DNA of 64,000 nucleotides from Orbicella franksi (lineage: Eukaryota), in the NCBI GenBank assembly GCA_964199315.1, contig OZ116700.1, forward strand, positions 4,898,001 through 4,962,000. Reading direction: 5' to 3'. Positions within the stretch are counted from its first letter, which is position 1. Each line of letters opens with the position of its first letter. Made by a program: the position numbers and the translations under genes. The notes under the pieces were generated by a model. The model had not been told where the DNA came from. It made no database searches and was given only the letters and a program-made list of their open reading frames with translations. Positions 24,643 through 34,400 of this stretch are shown in pieces.

Positions 24643-25951
24643 TATACTGGATTTTGCAAAAAGAACTAACTAAATGTTTTGTGTTTTAAAGTCGCAGAAG
24701 CTGAAAGTTCCATTGTGACTACACCCCTACCTACAACAGAAGTCAAAAGAAAAGGCATGGACGTAGGAATTTTGATTGACAGTTCCTCTGGTGTAACCGC
24801 TGACGAGTTCGAGCGCCTGAAATCTTTTATCTCACGGTTGGTCATCTCGATCAACAAGCAATTCAGCAACGTTCATTTTGGAATCATCGTCTACAGCGAC
24901 AAACCTGATCTTGTCATGTCCCTGCAGAATGTAGATCGAATCAAAGTAAAATCGATTATCGAGGGCGTGAAATATACCCCTGGGGGACACCGTACCGATC
25001 TAGCCATGTTGTACGCCTCGCAGAAGCTGTTCTGTCCCAAGGGATGCGTGGATCGCCCGGAGGTGGAGAATGTGTTGATAGTTTTCACATCAGAGAAAAC
25101 TGATGCCGAATCTCTTCCGTACAGTTTGGTATCTCCTATAATGAAGGTAAGTGAGTCAACATGTCTCACTAACAATACGATTCAAAATGGTTCTGACACT
25201 CTTTAGAATGTAAGGCAGATGCCAAGTGGCCAATCAGGCCGGCGCATGTCTCCAGTTTCTGCAGCAAGAATCGACTAGGAGTATTTCTCCTTCCCATGGA
25301 TGGGATGCTAGTCCATCGCATGCTACCCTCAGCATTAAATGGCCTTAAATTCACCGGTACTCATTTATACACCTGGGTAGAGAGAGGTACTGTGAAAGCA
25401 AAGTGTCTTGCCCAAGAACACAGTACAATGTCTCCCGGCCAGGGCTCGAACCAGGACCCCTCGATCCGGAGACAAGCGCACTAACCATTAGGCCAGCGCG
25501 CCTCTTACTCTTCAGAATAGCCAACAGAAATCCTGAAATGATATATCTTCCACGAAACAGGCAAAAAATTGTAAACGCCTTCTATTATTCATTTTTTGTT
25601 TCCTAAAACTTCGACAAAATTCCGGTATAAAATTTCTTTTAGTGTTGTAGGGCGGGGGGGGGTGGGGGGGGGAGGGAGGGCAGGGCGGGTAAGCTGTTAC
25701 TCACCACTGAATTCACTTTGTAATTTTCCTTCTTTTTACAGAATTGCACGTCAAATATAGTCGCAGTGGGAATAAAGCCTGACGTTAGCAAGTCAGAGCT
25801 GATCAAAATAGCGTTAGGATCACCAGACCGCACGCTCAAAGTCGAGTCACCGGATCACCTTAACTCTGGAGTCATCTCTAAGATCAAAGGAGTTCTAAAA
25901 CAACCTCTTTCCATGGACGATTTGGATGCCTGGCTGTCAGAGCAAATGTGA
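3..25951 (+). CDS. 5'-partial spliced gene: secreted VWDE-like EGF-repeat protein with micro-exon-encoded mucin-like stalk, F5/8-type C domain and C-terminal vWA domain
   Basis: Continuous frame through AG/GT(GC) junctions: EGF exons (..267, 3303-3413, 5378-5572), about 40 phase-1 micro-exons (9739-22062), FA58C exons (22707-23029, 23730-23865), linker (24274-24303), vWA exons (24698-25146, 25742-25951, TGA). No TM segment at the C-terminus. Linking all exons into one transcript is inferred from phase compatibility. Confidence 0.8.
766..2347. repeat. Large imperfect inverted repeat (about 550-bp arms 766-1318 and 1790-2347) with an internal perfect 32-bp hairpin (1720-1751 / 1756-1787)
   Basis: Direct reverse-complement comparison, e.g. 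tttgtctgcccactaggttttcaaaactaacgaccgc vs gcggtcgttagttttgaaaacctagtgggcagacaaa; scattered mismatches between the arms. Confidence 0.95.
3303..3413 (+). CDS. EGF exon ([37 protein letters not shown])
   Basis: cag| acceptor, G|gtgag donor, 111 nt, phase 1-1, EGF cysteine pattern. Confidence 0.92.
3769..4140 (+). mobile_element. Penelope-like element 3' remnant (GIY-YIG endonuclease C-terminus plus 3' region)
   Basis: 3769-3948 translates [51 protein letters not shown], the typical PLE endonuclease tail; followed by a hammerhead-like motif. Confidence 0.8.
4046..4080 (+). ncRNA. Degenerate minimal hammerhead ribozyme motif
   Basis: CCGTCGAA (consensus CTGANGA, 2 changes), stem II GGCTGT/ACAGCC, GAAA, GCTC; located in the PLE 3' region. 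Confidence 0.5.
5378..5572 (+). CDS. Double EGF exon ([23 protein letters not shown]...[16 protein letters not shown])
   Basis: cag| acceptor, G|gtaag donor, 195 nt, phase 1-1. Confidence 0.92.
5850..7760 (-). mobile_element. Decayed AcademX-type DNA transposon ORF (XPG-like nuclease plus Cys8)
   Basis: [82 protein letters not shown], ..[21 protein letters not shown]; many stops and frameshifts. Confidence 0.78.
7830..8477. mobile_element. TTAA-flanked MITE (Kolobok-like RR..YY ends)
   Basis: TTAA|GGTGATTCCCC ... GGGGAATTATC|TTAA; 11-bp TIR with 2 mismatches. Confidence 0.7.
8892..8986. repeat. 35-bp-arm hairpin
   Basis: atgttttggtgtgtagtatcgctgtatatttttac / gtaaaaatatacagcgatactgcacaccaaaacat, 1 mismatch. 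Confidence 0.85.
9739..17803 (+). CDS. Tandem array of about 39 micro-exons (18-33 nt, mostly 24 nt) encoding (A/E/V)(P/A)E(T/K/I)TTTE mucin-like units
   Basis: Intact AG..GT/GC copies start at 9739, 9842, 9962, 10102, 10248, 10887, 12027, 12151, 12273, 12396, 12519, 12641, 12761, 12884, 13007, 13320, 13443, 13566, 13687, 13823, 14018, 14239, 14379, 14501, 14744, 14884, 15006, 15146, 15283, 15809, 15955, 16082, 16208, 16459, 16580, 17002, 17136, 17271, 17783. All lengths are multiples of 3 and phase 1-1. Confidence 0.85.
10921..11936. mobile_element. 1016-bp non-autonomous CAC..GTG element (CMC/EnSpm-like) with perfect 24-bp TIRs and 2-bp TSD (AA)
   Basis: TIR CACGTAGGGGCCAAACCACCCCCC at both ends; neighbouring repeat units show the empty site gtaagattAAtgttaac. 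Confidence 0.88.
15319..15770. mobile_element. MITE interrupted by a tRNA-headed element
   Basis: Inverted segments ccgtcataacattgtcaa / ttgacaatgttatgacg flank the insertion at 15446-15607. Confidence 0.55.
15446..15607 (+). mobile_element. tRNA-derived SINE-like element with 10-bp TSD-like flanks
   Basis: tRNA-like head 15462-15533 (A box TAGCGCAGTTGG, B box GGTTCGAATCC) plus a non-tRNA tail; flanks ctactttgac / ctacattgac. Confidence 0.8.
16706..16873. mobile_element. Hairpin MITE
   Basis: attaaaattctaacttggctccgaggcctaggggaataaaa / ttttattcccctaagcctcggagccaagttagaattttaat; a related decayed copy lies near 10440-10600. Confidence 0.8.
17996..18300 (+). mobile_element. Dispersed repeat, copy 1 of the family also at 61207-61516
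   Basis: Same start tatggctagctccgtgagcgggcaaga and same end gtcaataacccatat in both copies. Confidence 0.85.
18513..21068. mobile_element. MITE with about 80-bp TIRs (AT|GG..CC|AT, PIF/ISL2EU-like) split by nested insertions
   Basis: aatggaccttttcggcga..ttagggggcaaa / tttgccccctaa..tcgccgaaaaggtccatt. Confidence 0.75.
18601..20980 (-). mobile_element. 5'-truncated L1/Tx1-like retrotransposon (ORF2 C-terminus 20980-20735) with further nested repeats
   Basis: [45 protein letters not shown]; CATACT duplicated at 18595-18600 and 20981-20986; T-rich left end. Confidence 0.7.
21271..21291 (+). CDS. Micro-exon (EPNGPVT)
   Basis: ttttag|AACCAAATGGCCCTGTCACAG|gtaag, 21 nt, phase 1-1. Confidence 0.7.
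21755..21993. mobile_element. Hairpin MITE
   Basis: cattttacagttgtctgct / agcagacaactgtaaaatg TIRs plus internal inverted segments. Confidence 0.8.
22015..22062 (+). CDS. Short exon ([16 protein letters not shown]) ending the stalk
   Basis: gtag| acceptor, ACAG|gtacg donor, 48 nt, phase 1-1; the alternative acceptor 4 nt downstream gives a stop. Confidence 0.7.
22707..23865 (+). CDS. F5/8-type C (discoidin) domain, two exons 22707-23029 and 23730-23865
   Basis: [46 protein letters not shown]; [21 protein letters not shown]: textbook FA58C motifs. Confidence 0.93.
24554..24637. repeat. (AG)42 microsatellite
   Basis: Perfect dinucleotide run about 60 bp upstream of the vWA exon acceptor. Confidence 0.95.
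24698..25951 (+). CDS. C-terminal vWA domain, exons 24698-25146 and 25742-25951 (stop)
   Basis: [47 protein letters not shown]: Rossmann-fold vWA pattern; ATTAAA about 20 nt after the stop. Confidence 0.9.
25210..25504 (-). mobile_element. tRNA-derived SINE (same family as 41271-41522)
   Basis: Reverse tRNA-like head (..ggttcgagccctggcc..) and shared core cacccaggtgtataaatg.gtacc. Confidence 0.8.
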
Positions 25952-26760
25952 CGCCGTAAAGTTTTCTTTCAATTAAAATCAAGTCCCTGAAAATTAAAGC
26001 CAGAAGACAAAATATCGGGTAATGCCTTAAGGGCCAGTAAAAATGTTTTAGTATGAATGATAGTTTCAAGGGGTATAAGACGCTAAAATAGTTAGGCAAG
26101 TGCTAGTGGTGGTATTTTCACTTCGACAAAATTGAAAATTAAATTGTGGGTTTGTTGAATGCTAGCTATGGTCAGGTGTAGGACTCGAAAGTAGGTTGAA
26201 ATCATTATAATTTTAAAGTAGAAGAATTTCAAGCCATAACCATTTGTAAATCCAGTAAATTTGCAAAATAAAAGCTCATTATTTACTTGCGTTTCTCGAG
26301 ATATTTCATGATATTGCTTGATTTTTTTGTCCAACAGATGCAGTTAGTGATATAATGTATCTATCTCTCGTTTTCAGGTGTTCGTGAGTTCATTTTGATG
26401 CTAAAGTGCAAACACTGCTTTCCAATTGGCTCGATTTCCGCCGATTTCTAGGGTCCGGTCGCTTTCCTCCCCTTCGGGGCGGGGCAGGGAGGGTGTAGCG
26501 TGGGCTCCCTCCCTCCCTCCCTCCCCTCCCCTTGAGCAGTGGCTGATATTTGAGCTTCGTTCTCTAAATTTGTCATATGGGCCTAGTCTTAGGAATTTGA
26601 AAGGAACCTTTTTACCGATACTATGTAATATCGAGAATTTTCGTGTGTCTCATACGGAAACAGCAGACCACACCTATAGGTCAATTATCATTCCGGAATT
26701 TATTAATATGCGAACTTTCATAAGAATCCGTTACCAACTCGTAAACATATGAGGTCCCAA

Positions 26761-26847
26761 ACTTACCAATTTTTACAAAGAAGTGTATTCCAGGCGGGGC
26801 GACAAGACTTGCCCCTGACATACATTTCTTTGTAAAATCAGGCAAGT
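26761..26847. repeat. Hairpin / MITE core
   Basis: ttttacaaagaagtgtat / atacatttctttgtaaaa. Confidence 0.65.
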
Positions 26848-27074
26848 TAGCGTCCTATATTTTCATGAGTTTGCAGTGGATTCTAATCATAGTTAGTGTA
26901 GGGGAACTATGTTTTCGGCAATGAAACTTCGTATATTTAAGAAATTCGGCATGAGGATCGAGCGGAGGGGCTTATTTTTTTGTTTAAATGAATCAGTCGT
27001 AAAGCGTGGCAAAGGAAAAAAGGTCTAATCCCTCCGCACATTTAAAATAAAATTTTCTCCAGCTCAGCTAACAA

Positions 27075-27160
27075 CTAAGCCTAAGCCTAAGCCTAAGCCT
27101 AAGCCTAAGCCTAAGCCTAAGCCTAACCCTAACCCTAACCTTGACTATAACCCTAACCCC
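27075..27160. repeat. Telomere-like hexamer tract (CTAAGC)8(CTAACC)3
   Basis: Direct reading; flanked by the short inverted pair gcggagggg / ccctccgc and by imperfect inverted arms. Confidence 0.9.
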
Positions 27161-27218
27161 AACTGATAATCTCAACTGAGAACAGAATTTTTAAAATGTC
27201 AGCCGACAACTAAAAATA

Positions 27219-27337
27219 TAGCCTGCGTAGCAAGCGTATAAAAGGGACGGGGTGGGGGAGAAGCAAGAGAATTTTTCCCCGAATTCTGTTCCTCCTCCCC
27301 CACCCCCTACCCTTTTATACGCCTGCTACGCAGGCTA
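27219..27337. mobile_element. Short TAG..CTA MITE (Academ-like termini)
   Basis: tagcctgcgtagcaagcgtataaaaggg / cccttttatacgcctgctacgcaggcta. Confidence 0.75.
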
Positions 27338-28332
27338 CTGAAAATAAAAACAACTTGTTGCTGTGTAGCGCTGTGTGCCACTTTGAATTGCATTCGTCGA
27401 TAAAGTTAACTTACGGAAAGTGCTTATGTTTCGTTTTTGACAGGGACATTTCGGGAAAACCTCTTCATCTCTTTGCTATCCATGATCACACCCGTGTTAT
27501 GGCGCAGATGCACTTGGAAATGCTACGCGCGCGCGTGCGATTGTTTATTCAAAGAGAAGAATTCAATTGAACTGACGACAACTAACCGGCCAATCGTCTT
27601 GGCATAAAAGCAGTTATTAAACCATTTCAAACTAAATTTCTCGCTCTTCAATCTCGACATAGTTCACGGTTCAATCCTTTTCCAGAAAGAATTGCAGTAC
27701 TTCAATCAATAAAAATGACTGAACAAAACAATGCAAAGGCCTTTTTACGGATAAACAAAGAAATTCTTTCGATCTTTCCATTTGTTTATGCCACGTATCC
27801 CTGTTGTTTACTCAGCTGGAAAACCAAAACCCCGTAAAGGCTTCTTCAAAGACAAAACAATCAATTTTTGTGCTATAGCTTCCGCTTGTTTTTAGCGGGA
27901 TGTAACAATTTCGACAATAATTTCGACAATTACTTTAAAAAAGACTTAAAACGGACAAGGCTGATTATCGGAAGATCTCTTTTTCGGTTACATACTATAT
28001 TTCTTTAATTACGCCTCCAAAAGAAAACAAATATTTGAGGAATCGAAGAAATACAAGATAACGTGGAAGGAAGTCTGCTAAGTGTGGCAGGATGTCACGA
28101 ATTCGAAATTTTCATTTTTGTGAAATTTCAAATTTATTTTTCTTTTCACTGCGTACTTCTTTGGTGGTTTCTTTAAAAAAAGAACGCCTGAGCACAGGTT
28201 ATTCTACTGCGAGAAAATAAAGCAAGTTAGTGATACAATCAAGCCCGGCTTACTTTTAAGGGCTTGTAAAACACGATATGCTTATCAGCCCACGATATTT
28301 CACAGAGAGCGTCTAGAAGTTCCTTGTTGCTA

Positions 28333-28358
28333 TGACGTCATTCGGTTATTCACGTGAC
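28333..28358 (+). promoter_or_regulatory. CRE (TGACGTCA) and E-box/CLEAR-like (TCACGTGAC) pair upstream of MYO6
   Basis: Two perfect palindromic motifs 10 bp apart, about 130-150 bp before the ATG; function not shown. Confidence 0.45.
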
Positions 28359-28484
28359 CACAAACGCGACCCGGCAAAAAATAAAGTCGCTTGGTTGGCG
28401 TTAAGCTACTTTCGCCGACGCATTAGAATACTTCCTATTTAATAAATTGGTATGTTCGTCGGTATTTCAAGGTTTTAAGACACC

Positions 28485-31400
28485 ATGGATGGTGGAAAAA
28501 AAGTTTGGGTCCCTGACAACGAACATGGCTTTCGTCTGGGCGAAATCGTCGATCTTGGATCTGATACGATCACTGTTGAAGTGGATGGTGCTAAAGGGAA
28601 GGTTTGTGGAAAAGCTCTAGGAAACCTCATTGTTTTCCACAGTTCATAGGGAAAGTGTTATTTCGTTTTAAATCATCAAGGTGAAGGCTATTTGTGCACT
28701 CTTCCGTTAGGTCGTTACGGCTGCTTACGATCGAGTATTCCCGTCGGAGAAGGATAATACAAGAGACTTGGAAGACAACTGTGAGTTATATTTTTAAGTT
28801 TGTTAAGCCTCTGGGCAAATATTAAGCTTAATTTTATTTGAATTCGATCGAATCATAGACAATGAATCGCACGAAATACTAAAGCTTAAAACTGTAGATT
28901 ATATGCGCCTAATTTCGTTAAGTGTAGATTTTTATCGTTACAAAGTTTCTTTATGCGAGGTAAGCTTAAATTGTTTGTGAATATTAAAGTTCGGTTTGTT
29001 ATCGCATTTTTCACTTTAATTTGAAGATCGTGGCAGATGTTTTGACGATATTCGCTCAAAATCAATGCTTCAGTAGCAAATGAATTTTTCCCTAATCTTT
29101 ACTCATCGCACTGTCTCTTGCATTCACTAAAGATAACCGTGTATTCTCCTGTGCATATGAGATCATCTACTTCTCTGACACGGGCCGCTACAGTCCCTAA
29201 TGACATGTTTTAGGAACATGTAAATTGAGTGAATTTATAGTTTGGAATATTTTTGTAAAAAATTGATAAGATTTGGACCGCTGGTTGGACAATTTATTTA
29301 AGAAATAAAGAAGCCAAACTTGCTAAACCAAAACTAAAAAAAAAAGTAAAACAAAATTCAAAAAATATCAACAATGGATATTTATCTTTACAGTCTAATT
29401 TTTCCCTTGACATGGTGGACCCCTCAGAAATGAATTCATTCAGAAATGTACACATGCATGGACGTGTACTTGTAATAAGATTACAAGATGTCAATGGTTC
29501 AAGCCTCTAATTTTTATAGATATACATTTCCCTTTCAAAAAGTCTTGACAATTGGAAGGTAATGATGGGGTGGGGGGGGGGGGGGGAAGGGAGAAGGAGG
29601 GGTAGGGGGTTAGAGAGTGGTTGTCAAGGAGAATAACCCTAAATGTGTAGCTGCCAGTATGATTCATAGCTTTGCAGTTTATTTTGCTTTCTTTTGTAGA
29701 CGGGGATGTTTATCTGAAATTTGAGAAAAATTCGTCAAAGTACGTCCCTGGCTGTGGTTTTTCAAAGGGTGAATAACACTGTTCACTGGACAACACACTA
29801 TCTAGTAGATAGTGTAGTTTGTTTTGTCGACACTTATCCATTGTATAAAGATTTGTCAAGTGGATAATGTTATCCACCCTTTGAAGAACTGGGTCCTGTA
29901 GGAGAGCAATCAATTTTGGGGGCATGACCGCAAGAGATACAAACATGGGCTCTTTTGGTCCTGAGTGATATGTGACAGTGCTTTCTGAGAGGCCACATCC
30001 AGTAAAAACAAAAGAGATGATTGCTAAATACTGGTTAATTTTTTTACAGGTTCTTTGATGTTCCTCAATGAAGCCACATTACTGCACAACTTGAAAATTA
30101 GATACCAAAAAGACAAGATATATGTAAGTTTGAACTTTCTTTATACCACATAGTACATGTACATGACTGCAGTAGTTTTGATAGCATCTAAACTGAGGGA
30201 TGTATCGAATTGTGCGTGGGAAAGTGCCATCCAAAGCCAGACCTGGTAGCCTAGTGCATGTGACCAGATGTGTAAAATTAACATATACACATAACTATTT
30301 ATAAGTTTGATCATGATTTTTGTGTTTATTTTACAGACCTATGTTGCTAACATCTTGCTCGCCGTCAACCCATATCATGAGGTAAAAGAACTTTACTCAA
30401 AGGAGAAAATTAAACAGTATCATGGAAAGTCGCTGGGTGTGTTACCGCCACATGTGTTTGCCATTGGTGAGGATTTCATACTTCTTATAAATAAGTTTAT
30501 AATAACATGTACCAGTTGAAAGTAAAAGCCGTGGACGTAATGCACAGTGTTCAGCTTTCAATGCAACAAGGTTTGAGAAATGTAAAAATTTATACAGAAA
30601 GCATTATATGTACTACTACTTTTGGCATTCTGAAATAACTGGCTTATGGTAGTGTTACGCAGAGTTTTGCTTCATATGTGTAGTACAGGCATCCTAGCTT
30701 GCCCAGAAAGAGCTCAAACTCTCAATTTTAGGATCTTGAGTATCAGTGTGACACTCAGAACACTGTTTGTTTCTGCCTGATTATATTTTGGGAGGCAAAA
30801 ATGTTGTTCTTTAGCAGGGGTGGATTTTTAAGAACTTGGGGGACCATATGCTTGCCTTAGTTCACTCCTTTAAAATCTGCCAATAAATGAAATAAACTCA
30901 TGTTCCTGTATGCTGCAGGGCAGGTGTAGAATTTATTCAGGTAGGCTACATTGTACATTCTACAATCATGCTGCATCTTCTCTGCTTCAAGTCGTTCAAA
31001 TGCTTTACAGCATCCTGGCGTGTTGTTGCACAGTTGGAAGTGGCACTACAAAAATTATAATTCTTTATTTTTTTCTCAGGTGACAAGGCTTACAGAGACA
31101 TGAGAGCATACAAGCAGAGTCAGTCTTTGATTGTCAGTGGTAGGTGGTCTTGTTTTGTTGTTGCAAGTTGTGTCCCTGACTGTGCAATCTTCAGGAATTA
31201 GGTGTCATGCTGGCTTTATTAGCACAATTATTTCTATAACTGATGTTCAGTAATCTTTCTGTCCAGTGTTTCTATGTGTACAGTAGTTCTTCATTATTTG
31301 CTCAATCATGATATATGTACCAGGTTCACTTGCATGTACATAATTGTACACATTCTGTCTGTTTAAATAAATTTGCCAAACCCTGTTGATAATTATTGTT

Positions 31401-34400
31401 TTTCTTTTTTGTTCACTGACAGGTGAAAGTGGTGCTGGAAAAACAGAATCAACTAAGTATATTCTTAGGTGTGTGAATCAGAAGCATGTTTTAGAGAACT
31501 TGTAACCAGTTGACAGCTTGTAATAATAATACTCCTACAAGTACAATACATGTACCATGAAATTTATATCAGGGTTGTCAATAAGGGCTGTAACACCTGC
31601 TACAGCTGAATATGTTTGATGGGGCCTTGATGTTACGGGTGAACTGGACTAAAGTCAATACAATTTACCTAAAAGGTAACAAGTTTATTACAAATTTGAA
31701 GATTAAGGCTACAGTTGACTCAAAACTTAATGGCAACCCTGTATAAAGTTATTCTTGAACATCACATACACTGTACCTGCGCATGTATGATATTATTACA
31801 GGTATCTGACAGAATCCTGGGGATCAGGTGATCAAGGTCGCATTGAACAGAGGATTATTGAAGGTGCAGTTTGTGTCGCTAATAAACATAAAATAGAGAG
31901 TGCGCGTTAATATTAAAGGTTTCGGAATTCTTTACTTTTTCTGGGGAGTATGTACTGCAGTTAGTGTTAAATAAATAAAATGTTCTAGTCTGAACAGTTA
32001 ATGAATAATCAGATCAGTTAAAAGCATGGAGATTGAGTAAATTAGTGAAGATGCCAGTTTTGGTCAAAGGTGATGATGTCAGAAGTGAAAAAAAGGCCAA
32101 TGCTTGTCATGACCAATTACAGCCAGCACAGGAACTAATGGGTTATTCATAAAGTGACTGCCTCCAGTCCAAAAACTCCCTTTTTAGTGGTGATCTTTAT
32201 TTACTGGGCTAGAATTGGCCTAAGTTTCATCTTTTCTCAACAGCTAATCCCTTGCTCGAATCTTTTGGAAATGCCAAGACACTACGTAACATTAACAGCA
32301 GTAGGTTTGGGAAGTATGTGGAAGTTCACTTTAATGAAAAGGTATGATAAAAAGATAATAATATCTAATATTAATAAAGGGGGCTGGTAACAGTTTCCAG
32401 CACTTTTCTAACAGCTGTGCTTTGAAGGATGAATACTATCTCTGTTTAACAGGTGATGATACGTACAATTATTATTTAATCGTTAACTATGGTATCACAC
32501 AAATGCCCAATCATAAGTTAACAGGTTGCGGTCATCCTTTTTATATAATAGGTTACCATAGCAACAATGCAACTTGTTGAAAACACCCTTAATTTTAGCT
32601 TCAAGTGCTTATAACTCAAAAACAAGCTCTGTGACCAAATTTTTAGTATTGAATTGTGATAAGCATGATAAGACGCAGCTTTTTACAGAGTTTAAAAAAA
32701 TTCTGTTAAGGGGGTTCAGAGCCACCTTAAATTTTCAAAAATTTAATAAGCTTATCATCGTTGTAGATGATGAGTACAAAACCTTTTTATTTTTAAAATC
32801 TTTCTCTTTTCCTAATAATTAACAGGTCACAGTTGTTGGTGGGTTCATTTCACACTATCTTCTGGAGAAGTCTCGGATCTGCAAGCAAAGTAAAGGAGAG
32901 AGAAATTATCATGTGTTTTACAGACTCTGTGCAGGAGCACCTCAACAATTGAAGTCCAAACTTGGAATAACAAAAGCAGAAGATTTTCTGGTAAGTTGAA
33001 AGCACAATATTTATTACGGAGCATTTTTCACAGGGCCAGCAACCATGCAAATATATTGGAACACAAGAAAGTGTAACTTGTATGTAACCATATGAAAAGA
33101 GTGATGCTGTGATGCTGTATTATATCTCTGTCTACAAAACTCGTGATTATACTGTTGGGTCTGAGTGTCAGGTTCAAAGCTACTACATGTATCTCTGATT
33201 ACATGTAGGTTATAGCAGCTAGTAGAGTCATGTAGATTCACAAGTCTCATGTATGCATGGAGTCCAGTTTCCTATTACTTGCATGTTGTATTTTTGATTG
33301 AAAAGTATATACATTCAGGAAAATCTGAAATACTGTAGTAAAAAAAGCATAGCTTGCTTGTGTAGGATGATGGCAAAGACATTGTATCAACTTTTTCACC
33401 AAGCCCTTCGTGTGAATATTTTTCTTTTTTTCCCGTCTCATAGTACTTGAAACAAGGATCCATCAAAGACCCAAATCTTGATGACAAATCTGATTATCGC
33501 AGAATGGAGGAGTCCATGAACAAAGTGGGATTTTCAGAGGAGGAGAAAGCAAATATTTTCAAAGTGGTTGCTGCTGTGCTTCATGTTGGAAATATTGCCT
33601 TTGAGGACAGTGGAGACACTGAAGGTGTGCAGTGGCAAGTTTAGAACCTGTGTGATTCAAACTGGTGGTGAAAATGAACAAAATTAACAGATGGGGCCTG
33701 TTAACTTGAGAACTACAAGAAACAAATTTAATCGCAATCATATTTTACACAAATTAACTGTTCTGTAGTATGTTTGTAACTACCTGCACTTTTCTCGTCA
33801 ATTTGTTTCAATCTGACAGGTGAAACATTTACATGTAGCATTACATGGCTCAGTGTATAATGTAACACTGTGTTTACTAGGCTATTAACTTCTAGTTGCA
33901 AACTGATAAATATATTCTATTAAAAAGTGAGCTTCGCAGATTTTGTAGTAATTTTATTACATGTGATACAAATAACATGAATTTTCACAAAAAAAAAAAA
34001 TTAAAAAAAATAACATGAATTTTATAAGTCAAATTTTCTTTAATGTATACCCTCCCATAATTTGAGCTAATGAAATACAGTACAGGCCAAATGTAAGTTG
34101 ACAGTCTCCACTCAAAACTCGATCCTTGATACTCGATCCTTTCGAGAATTGAGAATCGAGTTTCGAGGCTCGAGTTTCAAGTTTCGAGTATCGAGTTTTG
34201 AGACACTCTGTTGTTACTCTGAAATGAACGACAATTAACTCCACATCGAAAGAAGTTCAACCAAGGGACAAAACAATCGATTTAAATAAGCCAACTGATT
34301 TACAAATGTAGAGTCGCTTACCGCCTCTAGAGTCGTGACTCGAGTGACTGTCAACTTACATTTGACCGGTACCTTATATGTACTTGTATTAATTTTATTT

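Noticed and set aside
27075-27160. True telomere or chromosome end
   Set aside because: Only about 85 bp, mostly variant units, with genes on both sides.
32280-32312. Switch-I variant [10 protein letters not shown] as an inactivating change
   Set aside because: The altered position is variable among myosins; the NSSRFGK core is intact.
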